Source: Rhynchobatus australiae (lineage: Eukaryota). From it: DNA of 63,141 bases. The position numbers and the translations under genes are program-made. Positions 36,941 through 50,457 of this stretch are shown in pieces; the first letter of the stretch is position 1; the number at the start of each line of letters is the position of its first letter. Below the pieces are notes generated by a model, which was given only the letters and a program-made list of their open reading frames with translations, searched no databases and was not told where the DNA came from. The stretch is from positions 25,343,219 through 25,406,359 of the forward strand of contig JAUZTB010000066.1 in NCBI GenBank assembly GCA_034780895.1, written 5' to 3'.

Positions 36941-37604
36941 CTGCCTACTCCTAACACCATGTTGTATTTTAGTTTGGACATTGCCTTTTATAACCTTGTT
37001 GGTCATCAGTAGTGGAAAGNNNNNNNNNNNNNNNNNNNNNNNNNNNNNNNNNNNNNNNNNNNNNNNNNNNNNNNNNNNNNNNNNNNNNNNNNNNNNNNNN
37101 NNNNNNNNNNNNNNNNNNNATCAGTAGTGGAAAGGGTGGATCAAATTGATTTGTGTGCAATGGTGTCAGGGGAGGATTAGGTCATGGATGTTGTCACCGG
37201 GGAGGCTGTACTGCACCTGCACAGACATAACTTATCCTCGATAAGTTCACCTCTGCTCTTGGCTTTCAGTGGGGCATTGATTTTACAGCCAGTTGTATGG
37301 CTATTAGTCATTGCTTCCCTTGTATGTATTTGTTTAATTTCTTCATATTCCTTCTGGCTTTCATAATCACTTTAACCCTTTAACCACCTGGTCTTGTGAT
37401 TATCAGGATGTCTGTCTATACCTCTGCGTAGGATGTCTGTTCCCATATATCCTTATCTCTTTTGTTCTGTTCTCAGGGATGCTGGGATAATATCCTGTAA
37501 AGCTGTCTCAGCTACTTTCTCATGTTGTAACCAGCCAGGTGTCCAGATGTCAACGTTGACCCATTCGCAGTGTTCCAGTTCGCATTTCATCATGCTTTTG
37601 TTGT

Positions 37605-37607
37605 TTC

Positions 37608-37637
<30 letters not shown>
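37605..37637. repeat. (CTTT)n microsatellite
   Basis: ctttctttctttctttctttctttcttt. Confidence 0.9.
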
Positions 37638-37638
<1 letters not shown>

Positions 37639-37684
37639 CCCATTCTCTCCCTCACTATACTCCATAACTTGTAACTAGCAAGTA

Positions 37685-37975
37685 GCTCGTAGTGTAGCAG
37701 TTAGCATAACACTTTTACAGCTCCAGCAACCCGGGTTCAATTCCAGCCACCAGTCTTTAAGGAGTTTGTATGTTCTCCCTATTTCTGTGTGGGTTTCCTC
37801 CAGGTGCTCTCGTTCCCTCCCACATTCCAAAGAAGTACAGGTTTGGAAGTTGTGAGCATGTTATGTTGACACCGGAAGCGTGGCGACACTTGCGGGCTGC
37901 CCCCAGAACACTACACGAAAAGATGTATTTCACTGTGTTTTGATGTCTAATTGTGACTAATAAAAATATCTTATC
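37685..37975 (+). mobile_element. tRNA-derived SINE (HE1/V-SINE-like)
   Basis: A-box-like AGTGTAGCAGTTAGC, B-box GGTTCAATTCC 37734-37744, tail gtgactaataaa; homologous to the 56019 copy. Confidence 0.85.
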
Positions 37976-38149
37976 CAGCTGACTGATCGGAATCATAAAA
38001 TATTAACTTGTAACAAAACTTTCCACGTTCCTCATGACATTTCTGCAAGAGTACTTAATTGACCACTTAACTTTGCAGACAGGGGAGCCTGGTACTAAAT
38101 GAAGTACCCCCGAAACAAATGAAAGGACTTGATAATTGCTAAAAATTTT

Positions 38150-38760
38150 TTTGAAGTGCTGGAAAAGCTCAGCAGTTGTGCAGTATTTGTGAAAGAGAAA
38201 TGGTTAACGTTTCAGGTCCGAGACCTTTCGTTATAACAGGGAAATTCAGATAAAAAAAGTTTCAGTTGCAGAGAAGGTAGTGTGTGGAATAGGTAGGAGA
38301 AAGGGAATATCTGTACTGGGATGAAGCCAGGTCAAAAGCATTAATAGGAGCAGTTAGAGGTAATTGCAGTTTTGTAGTGTTGGGTTGTAGAACATGACCA
38401 AGAGGTCAGGCAGTAGTAATGGAAAGGAAAGAATTGAGCCAATGTCACAATTTGTTAATTTTCTGTATCAGACAGGCAATTTCAACGTAAGAGAGTTGGA
38501 GAATTTGAGTCCAGAAAATTCCAGTGTGCCCAGGCAGAAGATAAAGTGTAGTTTCTCAAATTTGCTCTGTACCTCATTATAACAGTGTCAGAGGCTCACA
38601 CACTAGTCAGAGTGGGTGTGGGATGGAAAATTGAAGTGGTAGCAACTGAAACTCAAGATTTCTCCTGTAAATTGAATGCAGGCATTCTGCAAAGCACTTG
38701 TCCAATCTATGTATGATTTCTCCAGGACACAGGAGACCACATTGTGATCACTGAATGCAG
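38150..38760 (-). mobile_element. Older Penelope-like element 3' fragment
   Basis: Terminal repeat with AAGGTC-TCG-GACCT-GAAACGTT on minus (38203-38237), followed by degraded sequence resembling the 16.3-17.0 kb element. Confidence 0.55.
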
Positions 38761-40671
38761 TACATAAGATTGGAAGTACACTGCAATTACTTTGCCTTCC
38801 AATCCATCACCACAAATCTAAATTGTTCCAGTTTAGAGATTGACTACTATTTGAGCATCTTACTGATAGAGATTTGCATTTATATGGTACCTGTTTCTAC
38901 CTTGATTGCCATCAAAGTATTTTTGAAGTATCTTTACAGTAATGATGTATGGGGGGGACAAAACTCCCTCTGCCCTGCCATTAATGTTAATTAATGTTTC
39001 CCAGTTCCCGCTCCTGTTTTTAAAATTTTATGATGAACCTGGATATAAATTTCAGGAAGAGAACAATGGTGTAAGTAATGCAACTTTTTTTTTAACCCAA
39101 CTGATGTGATGATGTAGTAAAATTGTTACATGCAAAATAAAGTGATTGGGATGCCATGATGAGGGGTTGCACAATATTCATGATTTCAATCAAGCTATTG
39201 AAGCTTTGGTCATCACTAGATTGACAATTTCCTTCACATTCTCCATATAACTAAGTCATGAGTTTGGATTTCTTGGCAAGAACTTCTACCGGTGATCTGA
39301 CTGTGGGGGGGGCAAAAAAAGTTATTTACAGCTGTTAACATCCTGGATCTGGTTTCTGATTCCCANNNNNNNNNNTCTTTAATCATAATATTGGGTTACA
39401 AGTTTTCGGCTGTGGAGTTGGCTGGAGGTGGGTTGATGCTTTGCCCTTTACAGTGAGACCCAAGTGTTTTTTTTAAAGAGTAGAATGAAGAAAGCTAAAT
39501 TTGGCAGTGGCTAGCACTCACAGCTGCTCCTCTTGCTAGACAGGCCAGTTTTAGATTCTTATTTTGCACGTTAGTCCTGCTAGTCACCTGAATTTAATTC
39601 AAACTCATCCATTCCTCTGGCCCTGATGTCACTGACTATCACTTATTACAATGCAAAAATAAAGATTACCCCTCCAGTGTCTTTTCTAATGTCAACAGAC
39701 CCAGGCTGTGTTGTCTCTCTGTAATTCTGGTTAGCTTCACTGCATCTTAAGAACTACCAGGAGATCCCTCCTGTAATATGGTGATCTAGCTGATGCAGTT
39801 AATACAGGAGTTAGGGATTAAATGATCTTCAGGTTATAAATGAGCCAAAAAATTCTTTTTGTTATATCTCATTTGGACCCTGAAGCAGTTTGAGGCTGTT
39901 ATGGAATTGCTGTATTCCTTTTGCCATTAGTGATGAGAGCCTGTCAAGAGTGATCTGGCCTCTGAGTGACGCACTTGGCCTCTTCTTTCACTGGTGGCAG
40001 CAGTATTTGTACTATTTTGATAAATAATGTACTTTTCTGTCCAAAATGTTGTATGCAATCAGCTATGGCAGTAGACTAGATAATGTATGTATTTGCATTG
40101 GAGAACTGCTTCCTGACACATTTCTGTGCTTCAACCATGGATTTTATGGTTTTGGAAATCTTCGATATATTTTCAACAATTGAAGTTACTTTAGCTGTTA
40201 AATCACAATGAATATTGTGGCCAGTGTAGGCCTGGCCATGATGGCAGGAGTGGATTAACTTTACTGTCCAGTCCGCCATTATTCTTTGTCATTCACATGC
40301 TTGGCCAGAGGATTTGGAATGGCAAGGATAGTTCTCATTTCCATAATGTTGGATTGTCTTAGCCAAGATATTGCTGAGGCAGTGATATCCATAATTCTAG
40401 TATGTTTATTATGGCTAAATATCAAACAGTTTGAGCAATTATCTGGAAAAAAAATTGAGATTTCAAAAGAGATACTAGCTGCTGCATTGGTGCCTCTCGA
40501 CAACATTGAAGTATTAGTTATCCAGCATCACTGTTACTAAAATGTGGTGAATCCTCCTTGGAAGCAAGGTCAATAAACCTAAATGGCCTCTACTACTGGT
40601 ACTTAAAATGGGTGGGCTGTTTTTCAGTCTGCTTGTGCAGATCTGTTTTTGCCCAGCGCTGAAGAAATTGT

Positions 40672-40752
40672 AGAGAAACAAAAGACTGCAGATGCTGGAA
40701 TCTAGATGAAAAACACGATGATGCTGGAGGAACTCAGCAGGCCAGGCAGCAT
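40672..40752 (-). mobile_element. Penelope-derived short repeat, truncated by gap
   Basis: Near-identical reverse complement of 62-141. Confidence 0.8.
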
Positions 40753-41399
40753 NNNNNNNNNNNNNNNNNNNNNNNNNNNNNNNNNNNNNNNNNNNNNNNN
40801 NNNNNNNNNNNNNNNNNNNNNNNNNNNNNNNNNNNNNNNNNNNNNNNNNNNNNNNNNNNNNNNNNNNNNNNNNNNNNNNNNNNNNNNNNNNNNNNNNNNN
40901 NNNNNNNNNNNNNNNNNNNNNNNNNNNNNNNNNNNNNNNNNNNNNNNNNNNNNNNNNNNNNNNNNNNNNNNNNNNNNNNNNNNNNNNNNNNNNNNNNNNN
41001 NNNNNNNNNNNNNNNNNNNNNNNNNNNNNNNNNNNNNNNNNNNNNNNNNNNNNNNNNNNNNNNNNNNNNNNNNNNNNNNNNNNNNNNNNNNNNNNNNNNN
41101 NNNNNNNNNNNNNNNNNNNNNNNNNNNNNNNNNNNNNNNNNNNNNNNNNNNNNNNNNNNNNNNNNNNNNNNNNAGTTTCAGGATTACAAGGGTGACTACA
41201 CTTAAGGTACTTCAGTTGTTCTGATTTTTTTGGAAATCTTGTTAAGAGCATTGAATAAATTCTCCTTGTTGCAATTTTTTCTTGTGTTTATTTGACTAGT
41301 TGGAAAGTACCCAGTGCTACAAAGCAGAAATAGTTCTAAACTAAGCTTGTGTCGTCAAAAGCGCATTTTGATCTATGTAATGCTAAAGTTGAGTTGAGG

Positions 41400-41735
41400 T
41401 GGAAGTTAGTCTGTTATAAGGAAATGGCAAGTATTTGAATGATTTTGTTTGGAAAACCACAAATATAACACCACTATTTAAGAAGGGGAGAAGCCATAAA
41501 GCAGGAAACGACTAATTAGTTTGCCTAACATCCGTTATTGAGAGAATGCTGGAATCCAGTGTTAAGGCATTAATAGTAGAGCACTTAAAGTCATAGGACA
41601 ATCGAGCTGAGTCAACATGAAAAGGAAATTGTGTTCAAAAGCTTTTCTGGAGTTTATCGAGGATATAACAGCAGGGGTGCATGTAAAGGAACCAGAATAT
41701 GTAGAGTGTTTAGATTTCCAAAAGACATTTAATAA
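41400..41735 (+). mobile_element. Degraded CR1-like RT fragment
   Basis: FLEFIEDITAGV...YVECLDFQKTFN resembles LLEFFE...DVVYLDFQKAFD. Confidence 0.65.
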
Positions 41736-43807
41736 CCTCATGGACCCTTCCAGAATCCAGGGAATTTTGGTGCATTGCAACCAAGTCGTACACTTTCTCC
41801 ACAGCTACTTCCTTTAAGACACCAGGCCATTGGGTTCAGGGAACATCAGCCTTTAGCCCCATTTATTTGCCTTGGTGGTGGTACTACATCGGGAGTTCCG
41901 GATTTTGATCCTTTGACTATGATGAATGTTGATATTTCTTAGTCCACTTGAAATAAGGCTTGTAGAAAGTGAAACTTGTGAGTAATGGTGTTCCCACTCA
42001 TCTGGTGCCTGGGCGTTCCCAGGCATGGATGTTGCCAGTCTGCAGTGCAGTTTCTAGGTACAGTAAACCTGATCTGCTATCCGATGGTTCATCATCTGAC
42101 TCGCTAGGTTTGGTTTCCCCCTTTTAAAGTCACTCAGGGCTCTGGCCCTGCCCTCCTTTTATTTCCACTGGGGATCGACTTCCTATGGAATAACTGGCAT
42201 TGTATGACCTCCCATGGGCCTTCCAGCTCTTAGGCATGCATTGACTCCCATTTGAATGGGTGTGCATTGGTTCCTGAAAGCTTTTTGTTTTAATTTGTGG
42301 GTTTTGGAAACTTTTAGTGTGTACGGGTGCTTTTTAAATTTAAACATGCACAAACAATCAATGGCCTCAACCACACTGACAGTTTGACAGCCTGTGAGCC
42401 CATGGGCAGGGTGTTACAGGCTGTAAATGTAGTTCTGCAAGTCCTGTACCACTGAGACAACTCCTGTGCTGTTCAAGGCCACACCAAGTTTCTATGAGAA
42501 AAGGCTCCCAGTAGCAGACTGTATTCCAGGCCATACTGAAACAGTCCAGCAGAGGGGCAGGCAGACTAATATTTTTGAACAATAGAAAGTAGATCTTTCC
42601 TGGTGAGATGACACAGGCCATTTCTTCCATTGTTCCTGTCCAAACTTTTTTTTAAAAAGTAATCCAGTTAATACCATTCCCCTGTCCTGTTCCTGAAGCC
42701 TGCAAACTTTCTCCATTTTCAAGAATTTATTTTTCAAAGTTAAATCCTCTTCCACATAACCACGCATTTCAAGGCAGGACATTTAATTTCTTAACCTGTT
42801 GATATTTTTATTTATAAGTAACCTTCATCTCTCCTCCTGTTTACCATAAATTTAGGTTCATTGAGTGTTTCAGCAGAAATAATTACTGTAGGTTTTAAAC
42901 AGTTTTAAAACTGTTATCCTACTTCATCACTTTTTTGTTCTTTTTCCTTCTTGATATTCCTCCCATNNNNNNNNNNTCGACGGCTCCCTTGTGGCTGTGG
43001 TGGGAGACGATCTGGTTCGCGCACTGTGTGATGTCCCTTCTTCTCCATCTTTTTCGTTTATTACAGAGCATCCTTCTGCTGCTCCTCTTCCACCCATTCT
43101 GCCCGCCCCTCTTCATCTGTTGTACTCTATCGCATGTTATTCTTCCTGTTGTTGCTCCTCCCCTGCCTATGAGTTGTGATTCTTTGATTTCATCATACTT
43201 GCACTTAATGTAGTCATTTAGTTCAGAGTGCTTTATTTCATAAATTTATCCCATGTCCAATGTATCTTCTATTTCTGATCATACTGGCAAGCTGTAAAAT
43301 CCTTTTCCTATGTTTTTGTTTTGTGCGAGTTTAATTTTACTATGGTCTTCATTCAGAAAATAAAATGTGAACAGAATTAATGAGTGAAGAATCAATAGTT
43401 GATTGTTTTAAATATTTTAATAAAGTAGCTTTATCACATACAGTTTTTTTGGGAGCAAGTTGNNNNNNNNNNNNNNNNNNNNNNNNNNNNNNNNNCCTGA
43501 ATGATGTGCAGTTTTTGTACCTCATCTAATCATGAACCAACTGTATCTTGGAAAACCACGAAATTAGGAATTCATTTGCTGGGTAAATATCAATATCAGA
43601 TTAATGAAGAAATAAGTCTTATCAGGTAGGAGATGGAAATAAATTTGATGCAGGGCAAGGTAATTGTGTGAAAGAAAGTTTTTGATGATTCCACAATGCA
43701 ATGCGACCATAATCTATCAATGATAATGGATTCTTATCCAAGTATTGAGGGAGAAAGAGTATGTTATCCAATGAATGCAGTTTTAACATTGCCTTTTTTG
43801 TTTTCAG

Positions 43808-43924
43808 ATTCCTTTTCCGGTACTCCAGGGTGAAGGTGTGGAATACCTGGGCCGTGCAGATGATGCTATAATCGCTATTTCCAATTACAGGCTGCACATT
43901 AAATACAAGGATTCTCTAATCAAT
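43808..43924 (+). CDS. MTMR4: MTMR4 exon IPFPVLQGEGVEYLGRADDAIIAISNYRLHIKYKDSLIN
   Basis: tttttgttttcAG acceptor, GTAAGC donor, 117 nt, phase 0-0; PH-GRAM region. Confidence 0.95.
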
Positions 43925-45509
43925 GTAAGCAATATTTTAATGAATGGAATCTTCAATCTCCTGTAATCTTGTAACAAATTAGCCTGTCAGGTTTTAGAAT
44001 TTTTGTAAGTGGATCAGATAGATTTGTTGCATCCACTATCATATTAAGCTATTAGCTCTCTGTGGCCACTTCCCTTCTGTTAGCAAAAATAGGGAATGCA
44101 CTTTTCTGCTAGTAATGCACCCAAGTTATTGAAATGTAAACAAATAAGGAGAATTAAATGCTAAAAGTTAGAAAGGGGAGGGTATTCTTTAGTTGAAGAA
44201 GGCAAGTCAAACTATGATCTAATTCTGCCATGGAATTGTAGCAATTTGATTACAGAGCTCAGGCTGGTATTGTTCATGGATTGAAATTGTGTTTTCCAGT
44301 TGTGAGTCTGCCTGTCTCTGAATCTCTCATTTTGTTTTCTTCCTTCTGTCCTTGTTTGCTTTGATCTTTTTCTCCTTTAAGATCTTTAATCCCTACTGTT
44401 TTTGTATGACTCTTGCATACTTTCTCTTTTATAATGGCATCTTGCATGTTCTTTCACTGTTTTATTTACTACTTCCACACACGAAAGGCCTAGAAGCAGA
44501 GTCTGATCTTTTGCTAACCACAAGTTATTACTTCCATACCTTGATCTTGTTGCTGCTCTCAACCCCTATTACAACCCCTAAATATAAACACTCAGAGGGT
44601 CTGGCACGCTGCTTTCCTTGATAACCAAAATTTCCTTTTAAACCTTTCAACATCTATTTGTTTACCTCTAATTTTCCATTAAAGCAAAAGAAAATCTACA
44701 TTTACAATTTAGCCTAATTGTAAAACAGTATTAAAGACAAACATTGCTATGGGTTTAATTCATGGGGACCAAATTGTTAAACATTCTACCTTGAAATTTA
44801 AACTAAGTATTGGTTATGTCTTCACAACACTCAGTTACTATATAGGTCCCAATGGTAATCAGTATTTTGAAATGAAGCTATTTGAGATACCAGTGCCATT
44901 TTGATCTAGTCAACCAAATGTCATTTGTTTAACCTTTTAGATGTTCTAAAAATGTCCAATTTGCATCAGTTCTCCATCTGATCCTGAAAGATTAGGAGAA
45001 GCTGATTGCAGTTGGAACATCCCAGTTGATCGCCAATATGGGAAGAGTAACTATGCAATCATGATAACCTTGCAGCAGCTGTTTAACTTGAAAGAGTCAA
45101 ATGAATAAATTTGTATTAGAATTTTTGTTGAATTTGAGAACATTCAAGGTTCAGTAGAAAATAAGACAGTCTGGGGTGAGGAAACAAAGCCACCTGTTTG
45201 TCACGTGGGACTTGTGTTCATAATTACTTAAATAATAAAACCTCATCATTGCAAATCCTAATTTCCAATTCGGGTTCGTTTTTCAAATGATGCAGATAAC
45301 AGATTCGCTACCAGCATAGAATTGCATTTTGCTTTAGATTTGATTATAGAGCTTGCATTCACTGCAAACGTGCGTCTCTGGTGTAGGGGTTCCAGATTTA
45401 ATTCTGACAAGGTGACTTGGGTAACTTGGCTCATGAGGATCCCACTCACTTCCAAGTGCGAAGATTGTTCATTTAAGACCAGAGTTTGAGTGTATAATCT
45501 AACCTAATA

Positions 45510-46530
45510 GAAACTTGCATTTATATTGTGCCTTTTAACAAAAGGTCAATAAGTATTTCACAGAAACTTTGTAATTGGGTAATATTTAAGAAATACTCAG
45601 ATAACCAAATTTAAGTTATTTTGAGCAGAGCTTAGATAATTTCCGAGTTGCATCTTAAGAGATAGAGAAGGAGAGGGAGATGGAGGTTTAGAGATGGAAT
45701 TTCAGAGTTTAAGCCTTAAACAGCTAGACATTTGCCTGGGGTTGGACAAAGTTAAATTAGGGCTGCTTGTGCCCATGGAAGGTTGTAGAACTAAAGAGAA
45801 TTTATTTTTTTTAAAAAGAGGAATTTGAAAACAAGGATGATAATTTTAAAATTGAGGTGTTTCCCAGTCCCAAGACAATGGAGGTTAATAACTAGTGGGT
45901 GATGTAGGAATAGGGTATGGTGTGAGTTGGAATATGTAAAAACATCATTTTGGGTGTGCTTAAGTTTTTTGAAGGGTGAAAATGGGAAGCCTGCCATTGG
46001 AATAAAGGCAACCATCCCCCCCTCCCCCGCATTATGGAAATTCACCCTTACAGAATTCACAAATCACTACCAAAAAATTTGAGGTACAGAGTAAAATTTG
46101 CTCTCTCAGAATTTACGGGGGTGGGGGGTAAATAACTACATAAATAAATTTCAACTTGCATTTCTTGACACGTGCAGATGTTTATAGTTCTTAAGTAATG
46201 ACTGGCAATATTGTAGTGTGGAAGGATGGAGATTATATGTGCTTGCAATATGAATCAATATGTTGCACAAAGGATGAGTTTGATGAGACAAGCAATTTAT
46301 GAAGATGTTGCCATTCTTCGGAAAGTTGCTGTTAAAAGTGAGTGGAGATGTGGTTGAACACCCAGTTGTGAATCAAATTGGATGCTAAGGTTATGAACAG
46401 TTTCTTTTATCCTCAGCAATGGGCAGAAAGGAATGGAATTTGTGGAGAATCCTGAAGATGATGGCTTCAATTTTACCAGTGTTTTATTGGAGCAAATTTC
46501 GAATCGTTCATACCAAAAACCAATTGAGTA
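45510..46530 (-). mobile_element. Degraded L2-like LINE 3' region
   Basis: Begins with the aacttgcatttatat tail (reverse of the tail at 48208-48233); minus frame KHLNFKIIILVFK. Confidence 0.45.
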
Positions 46531-47104
46531 TTGTGGAAAGACCAAGGGAGGTGTTTATTTGGTATGCTTGTGCACCAGTGTTGCATATTACTGTAGAAAG
46601 CTGCAGCACAGAAGATGGTTATTGGGTCATTGTGTCATAAAGTTCATCCAACGTAATCTCATTTTTCCAGCTTGGTTTGTAGCCTTAATAGTTCTAACAC
46701 TTTTACACGAGTATCTCAGAACCTTGTAAATCCAAAGAAAGCATCAGAGTACACTACTTAGCAATGATTTCCAAATTTCCACTACCTTCTATATAAGCAT
46801 GTATTTATTTCATCTCCTCTCTCTTGATCCCTCTATCAGTAACTAAATCAAACATTGGCAAGAGGACTATGCTCTTCAAATCTACTTTGTCAACGTCCTC
46901 ATTGGATGTACCTCATTTAAATCTCTCTTCCACCTTCATTGTTTCAAAAAAATGCTTCAGCCTTTCTAATTTTACCTTGCAGCTGCCACTTTTTAGAGAA
47001 GAGCAATATCCTCATAAATTCTTTGTAGTGAAACTCAACTTTCGTGTAATGTTGACTCAACTGCTAGCAGTATTCCAGCTGCATTAAAAACAGAAGATTC
47101 TGGT

Positions 47105-47222
47105 AAAGGCTGATGAAAGGTCATCAACCTGAAATGTTTCTCTCTCCATGAATGCTGCTTGACCTGAGTGTTCCTGCATTTTGTTTTTTTTTCCAGATTT
47201 TCAGCATCTACAGTTTTGATTT
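47105..47222 (+). mobile_element. Penelope-derived short repeat with hammerhead core
   Basis: CTGATGA 47110-47116, AGGT/ACCT stem, GAAA 47131-47134, then atgctgcttgacctgag...cagattttcagcatct. Confidence 0.65.
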
Positions 47223-48630
47223 GATTTTCTGACAAGTATTACAGCCTAACTGCTCTTTTATACACTGATCATTTCTTTTTTAGTAGGGGTACAAGTATTC
47301 TGTATGCCTCCTTATCCAGCTGTTTTATCTGAATTGCTCATTTCTGGAATATGTGGTCATTTCTTGTCCCTATAAATCCTGTACATTTCTTAATATCCTT
47401 TATTCATTGAATATTCCCTTGGCTTTTTTTTTCCCCTTCAAATACATATCATCCCACTTTCCCAATATAATGCATTTGCCACATCTCTGCCTGCTTGATC
47501 AATCCCTTCATAACTTACTACAGTCTACGGTTTATTTTGCTATCGACGACATGACCAATTCTGGTATTGTATCCAAATTTCTTATTAGTACACCTTACCT
47601 TTAAGTGTGTATTGGCAATGTACACCTTTTCAAAAAACAGACTTTAAAAACACAGGTATAGAGCCCTGTGGAAACGGAGTGCAAACTTCCTTTCAGTCAA
47701 ACTAAAATCTGCAAAGCATTGTTTTTTGTTTCCTGCCAATGAACCAGTTTTGGATCTATTGCCACGTTGTCCAAGATTCTGTGGGCCTTTTTATTGATGT
47801 TCTTTCATGGGGTACTTCATCTAAAGCTTTGATTAAAATCCATAATTATGGAATTAGATAAATCTAGCCCCTCTTGAGGACAACAACAGAGAGCCACTGG
47901 AGAAAGGGTGATGTGGTGAACATGTCAAAAACCACAGATGGATTCAGGAAGGTGAGGAGCGTGAGTACATACAGTAGCATTTACATAGGATATCATTTGT
48001 GAATTCTATTGAGGGCTGTTTCCTATACTGTGGTGATGCAGATATTTGGAGAGACTTGGCATGGAGTAAAGAGTACACATTTGTCTGCACTCTAAGCATT
48101 GGATTTTCAAAAGGAAAGGGAGATTGAAAATGTGCCAATAGTTCATCAGAAAGGGGGAGTCAACTTTTTAAGGAGTGGATTGATGATGATTGTGGACATT
48201 TGAGGTTGTAAAAGGCATTATATAAATGCAAGTACCAACATGTTGCATTCTAGCCTAATTTTGGTGCGTAGAATGGGTGTTGCACTTGGTACTAATGTTA
48301 CTGTAGTTATTTTTAGTTGCACTTTGCAAGAATACTGAAATAATGAGAATACTGATGCTTTCTCATTCTGATGCAATAGGTATACATTGATGTGTAGTTT
48401 CTGGGTTAGAGGATCTGGGTTGAGGGAGGTGTACAGTGGACTAATCTCATGGATATTAATTGGTATACCATTACCTTTAGCGTGCTCTAGTTCTGATTTG
48501 GTTGTGTGTTGTTTGTTGTGTCTTGGTATTAGAAATCAGCAAGTGTTTTCAGTGTATAAGGTTCCTGCCTTTCTCACATCTGTTATTTTGATTTCATTTT
48601 CCCCTTCTCTTTCCTTTTGTTCTGTTTTAG

Positions 48631-48663
48631 ACCTTTCTGCAGGGTGTGGACGGTGACATCTCA
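48631..48663 (+). CDS. MTMR4: Candidate cassette microexon TFLQGVDGDIS (or GVDGDIS from 48643)
   Basis: ~45-nt pyrimidine tract ending tttAG at 48630, GTAAGT donor at 48664, 33 nt without stop, phase 0-0 matching both neighbouring exons. Confidence 0.65.
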
Positions 48664-50374
48664 GTAAGTACTGTGTGTGTGTGTGCACTTCACTGCTGGT
48701 TATGCATACAACTGTGTATCCAGCCTACCTTTGGGTGAACAGTTTTAGTGAAAGAGGTGGTCTTTTACAGTTTCTTTATAATATGTGTCACAAAGTACAT
48801 CATAGAATTATGTCTAACACACAGTTGGATATGCAGATCTTTGTTCTTGTCATCATTCTGATGGTGGGAGAGCAAATAGGTGTGTCATGCAGGTGTGTTG
48901 GTGAATATAAGAATAGGAGATTAATCCTTTGAACATTACCCCTCTCCTAATTCCCTCAAACCAGTGCATTTGTACTTGCTAGTTAGCACAAACTAGGCAG
49001 TTTGCTGATGCTTATTGATGTAATCCATGAGGTGGGTAATTATTAGTGGTCTCATCCCAGTACAAGCCTGGAACAATTAAATAGAGCATCAGATAAAATT
49101 AGCCATTAGAAACCCAGAGTGATTGTCATATGTTTTTTTCAAGAAACAGAATTTAAGAATATTGGTCTAGCCTTCATGAACCCGTGGGCTACATGTAGCC
49201 CTATTTCAATGTTGGTACATGACCTTAAAAATATTCAGTGATTAGAACAACAGCAGCTTCATATGAGTTGATGCTTAAAATTGCAAGTTAATATTTTTTC
49301 TTCAAAATTATTGCTAGAGGAAAGAAACTGATTTCTTTGGCAATTTTAAAAAAAAATTGCAAATGATGGAAATCTGAAATAAAAATNNNNGGAAATACCA
49401 GAAAACACCTGAAAGAGGTTAGTGTCTTTTATGAGACGTTATGCATGCATTTTCTGATCTCATTGGGGGGGGGGAAAGAAGAGGTGTTATTTGGTTGGTT
49501 CCATGGACATGGTACTTTTGAAGAGTACAATGGTGTCAGCTGGAGTTGCTGGTAAGTTTCAGATCATGGCAACGTTACTCGGTGGAATGCACCAAATATG
49601 ACTATGATCTTTGGGATTCTCTCAAAATCTTGCATCCTCCTTTTGTTTCCATATTATCGCAGTAATTTGAAATTTTCTGAATAATGGGTGTTTTACAACA
49701 TTGTGCTTGTGCAACCTTGTTTATTTAATTCAAGACCATTGCTGGAGAAGAATGATACCAATTGAATCTCAGGGAAGTCACCATACTAATAACAGCTCTG
49801 TAGAAAATGGGAGTGTTCCTGTAAATTGCTGATTTGTTGGTGGTTACATTTGTCTGTTAAATGCCCAGTTACAGCAGTGAGTCAAAGAATTTGGGAATGT
49901 GCATTTGCACCTGTGACTACGAAAAGCCTTAAAGATTGATAGTTGAAAAATTTTATGTATTTCAAAGCACATCACTGATGACAGGCAAGAGAAGCTGAAT
50001 TGTGGCTTAATTTGGTTGTATCATTTTTCAGTTTAGTAGAGGAAGTTCACTGCTCAGTGTTATGTCATTTGGAAGGTGTNNNNNNNNNNNNNNNNNNNNN
50101 NNNNNNNNNNNNNNNNNNNNNNNNNNNNNNNNNNNNNNNNNNNNNNNNNNNNNNNNNNNNNNNNNNNNNNNNNNNNNNNAGCTTACTTTCATGATAACAC
50201 TGTCAAGCTAAACAAGATGAGTCCAGCTTGGTTGAAGTGATACTACTCTAATGCCATAATATTTATTCTGGTATTTATTCCTAATTATTTATGGCTCCTT
50301 TTAAAAGTTTGGTGTACTTAGTGTTGATTACAATTTTCTCTGATTACGACCATACATTTATCTTGTTATTACAG

Positions 50375-50457
50375 GTGCCTGTACGGTTAATTGAAGCTAT
50401 TGAGAGTCGGGATATGTTCCAGCTTCACATTGTCTGTAAAGATTCCAAAGTGGTTAG
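50375..50457 (+). CDS. MTMR4: MTMR4 exon VPVRLIEAIESRDMFQLHIVCKDSKVV(R)
   Basis: ttattacAG acceptor, AG|GTATGT donor, 83 nt, phase 0-2. Confidence 0.95.

Noticed and set aside
37685-37760. tRNA gene (also 56019-56080)
   Set aside because: The A/B boxes continue into a shared SINE body and tail, and no proper cloverleaf is evident.
42978-43180. Overlapping short ORFs in a CT-rich segment next to a gap
   Set aside because: Low complexity, no recognisable domain or splice pair; probably a repeat fragment.
47110-47140. Active intronic self-cleaving ribozyme in the sense strand
   Set aside because: Core is present, but the stem III palindrome is mutated (ATGT) and no stem I partner is evident; likely inactive.
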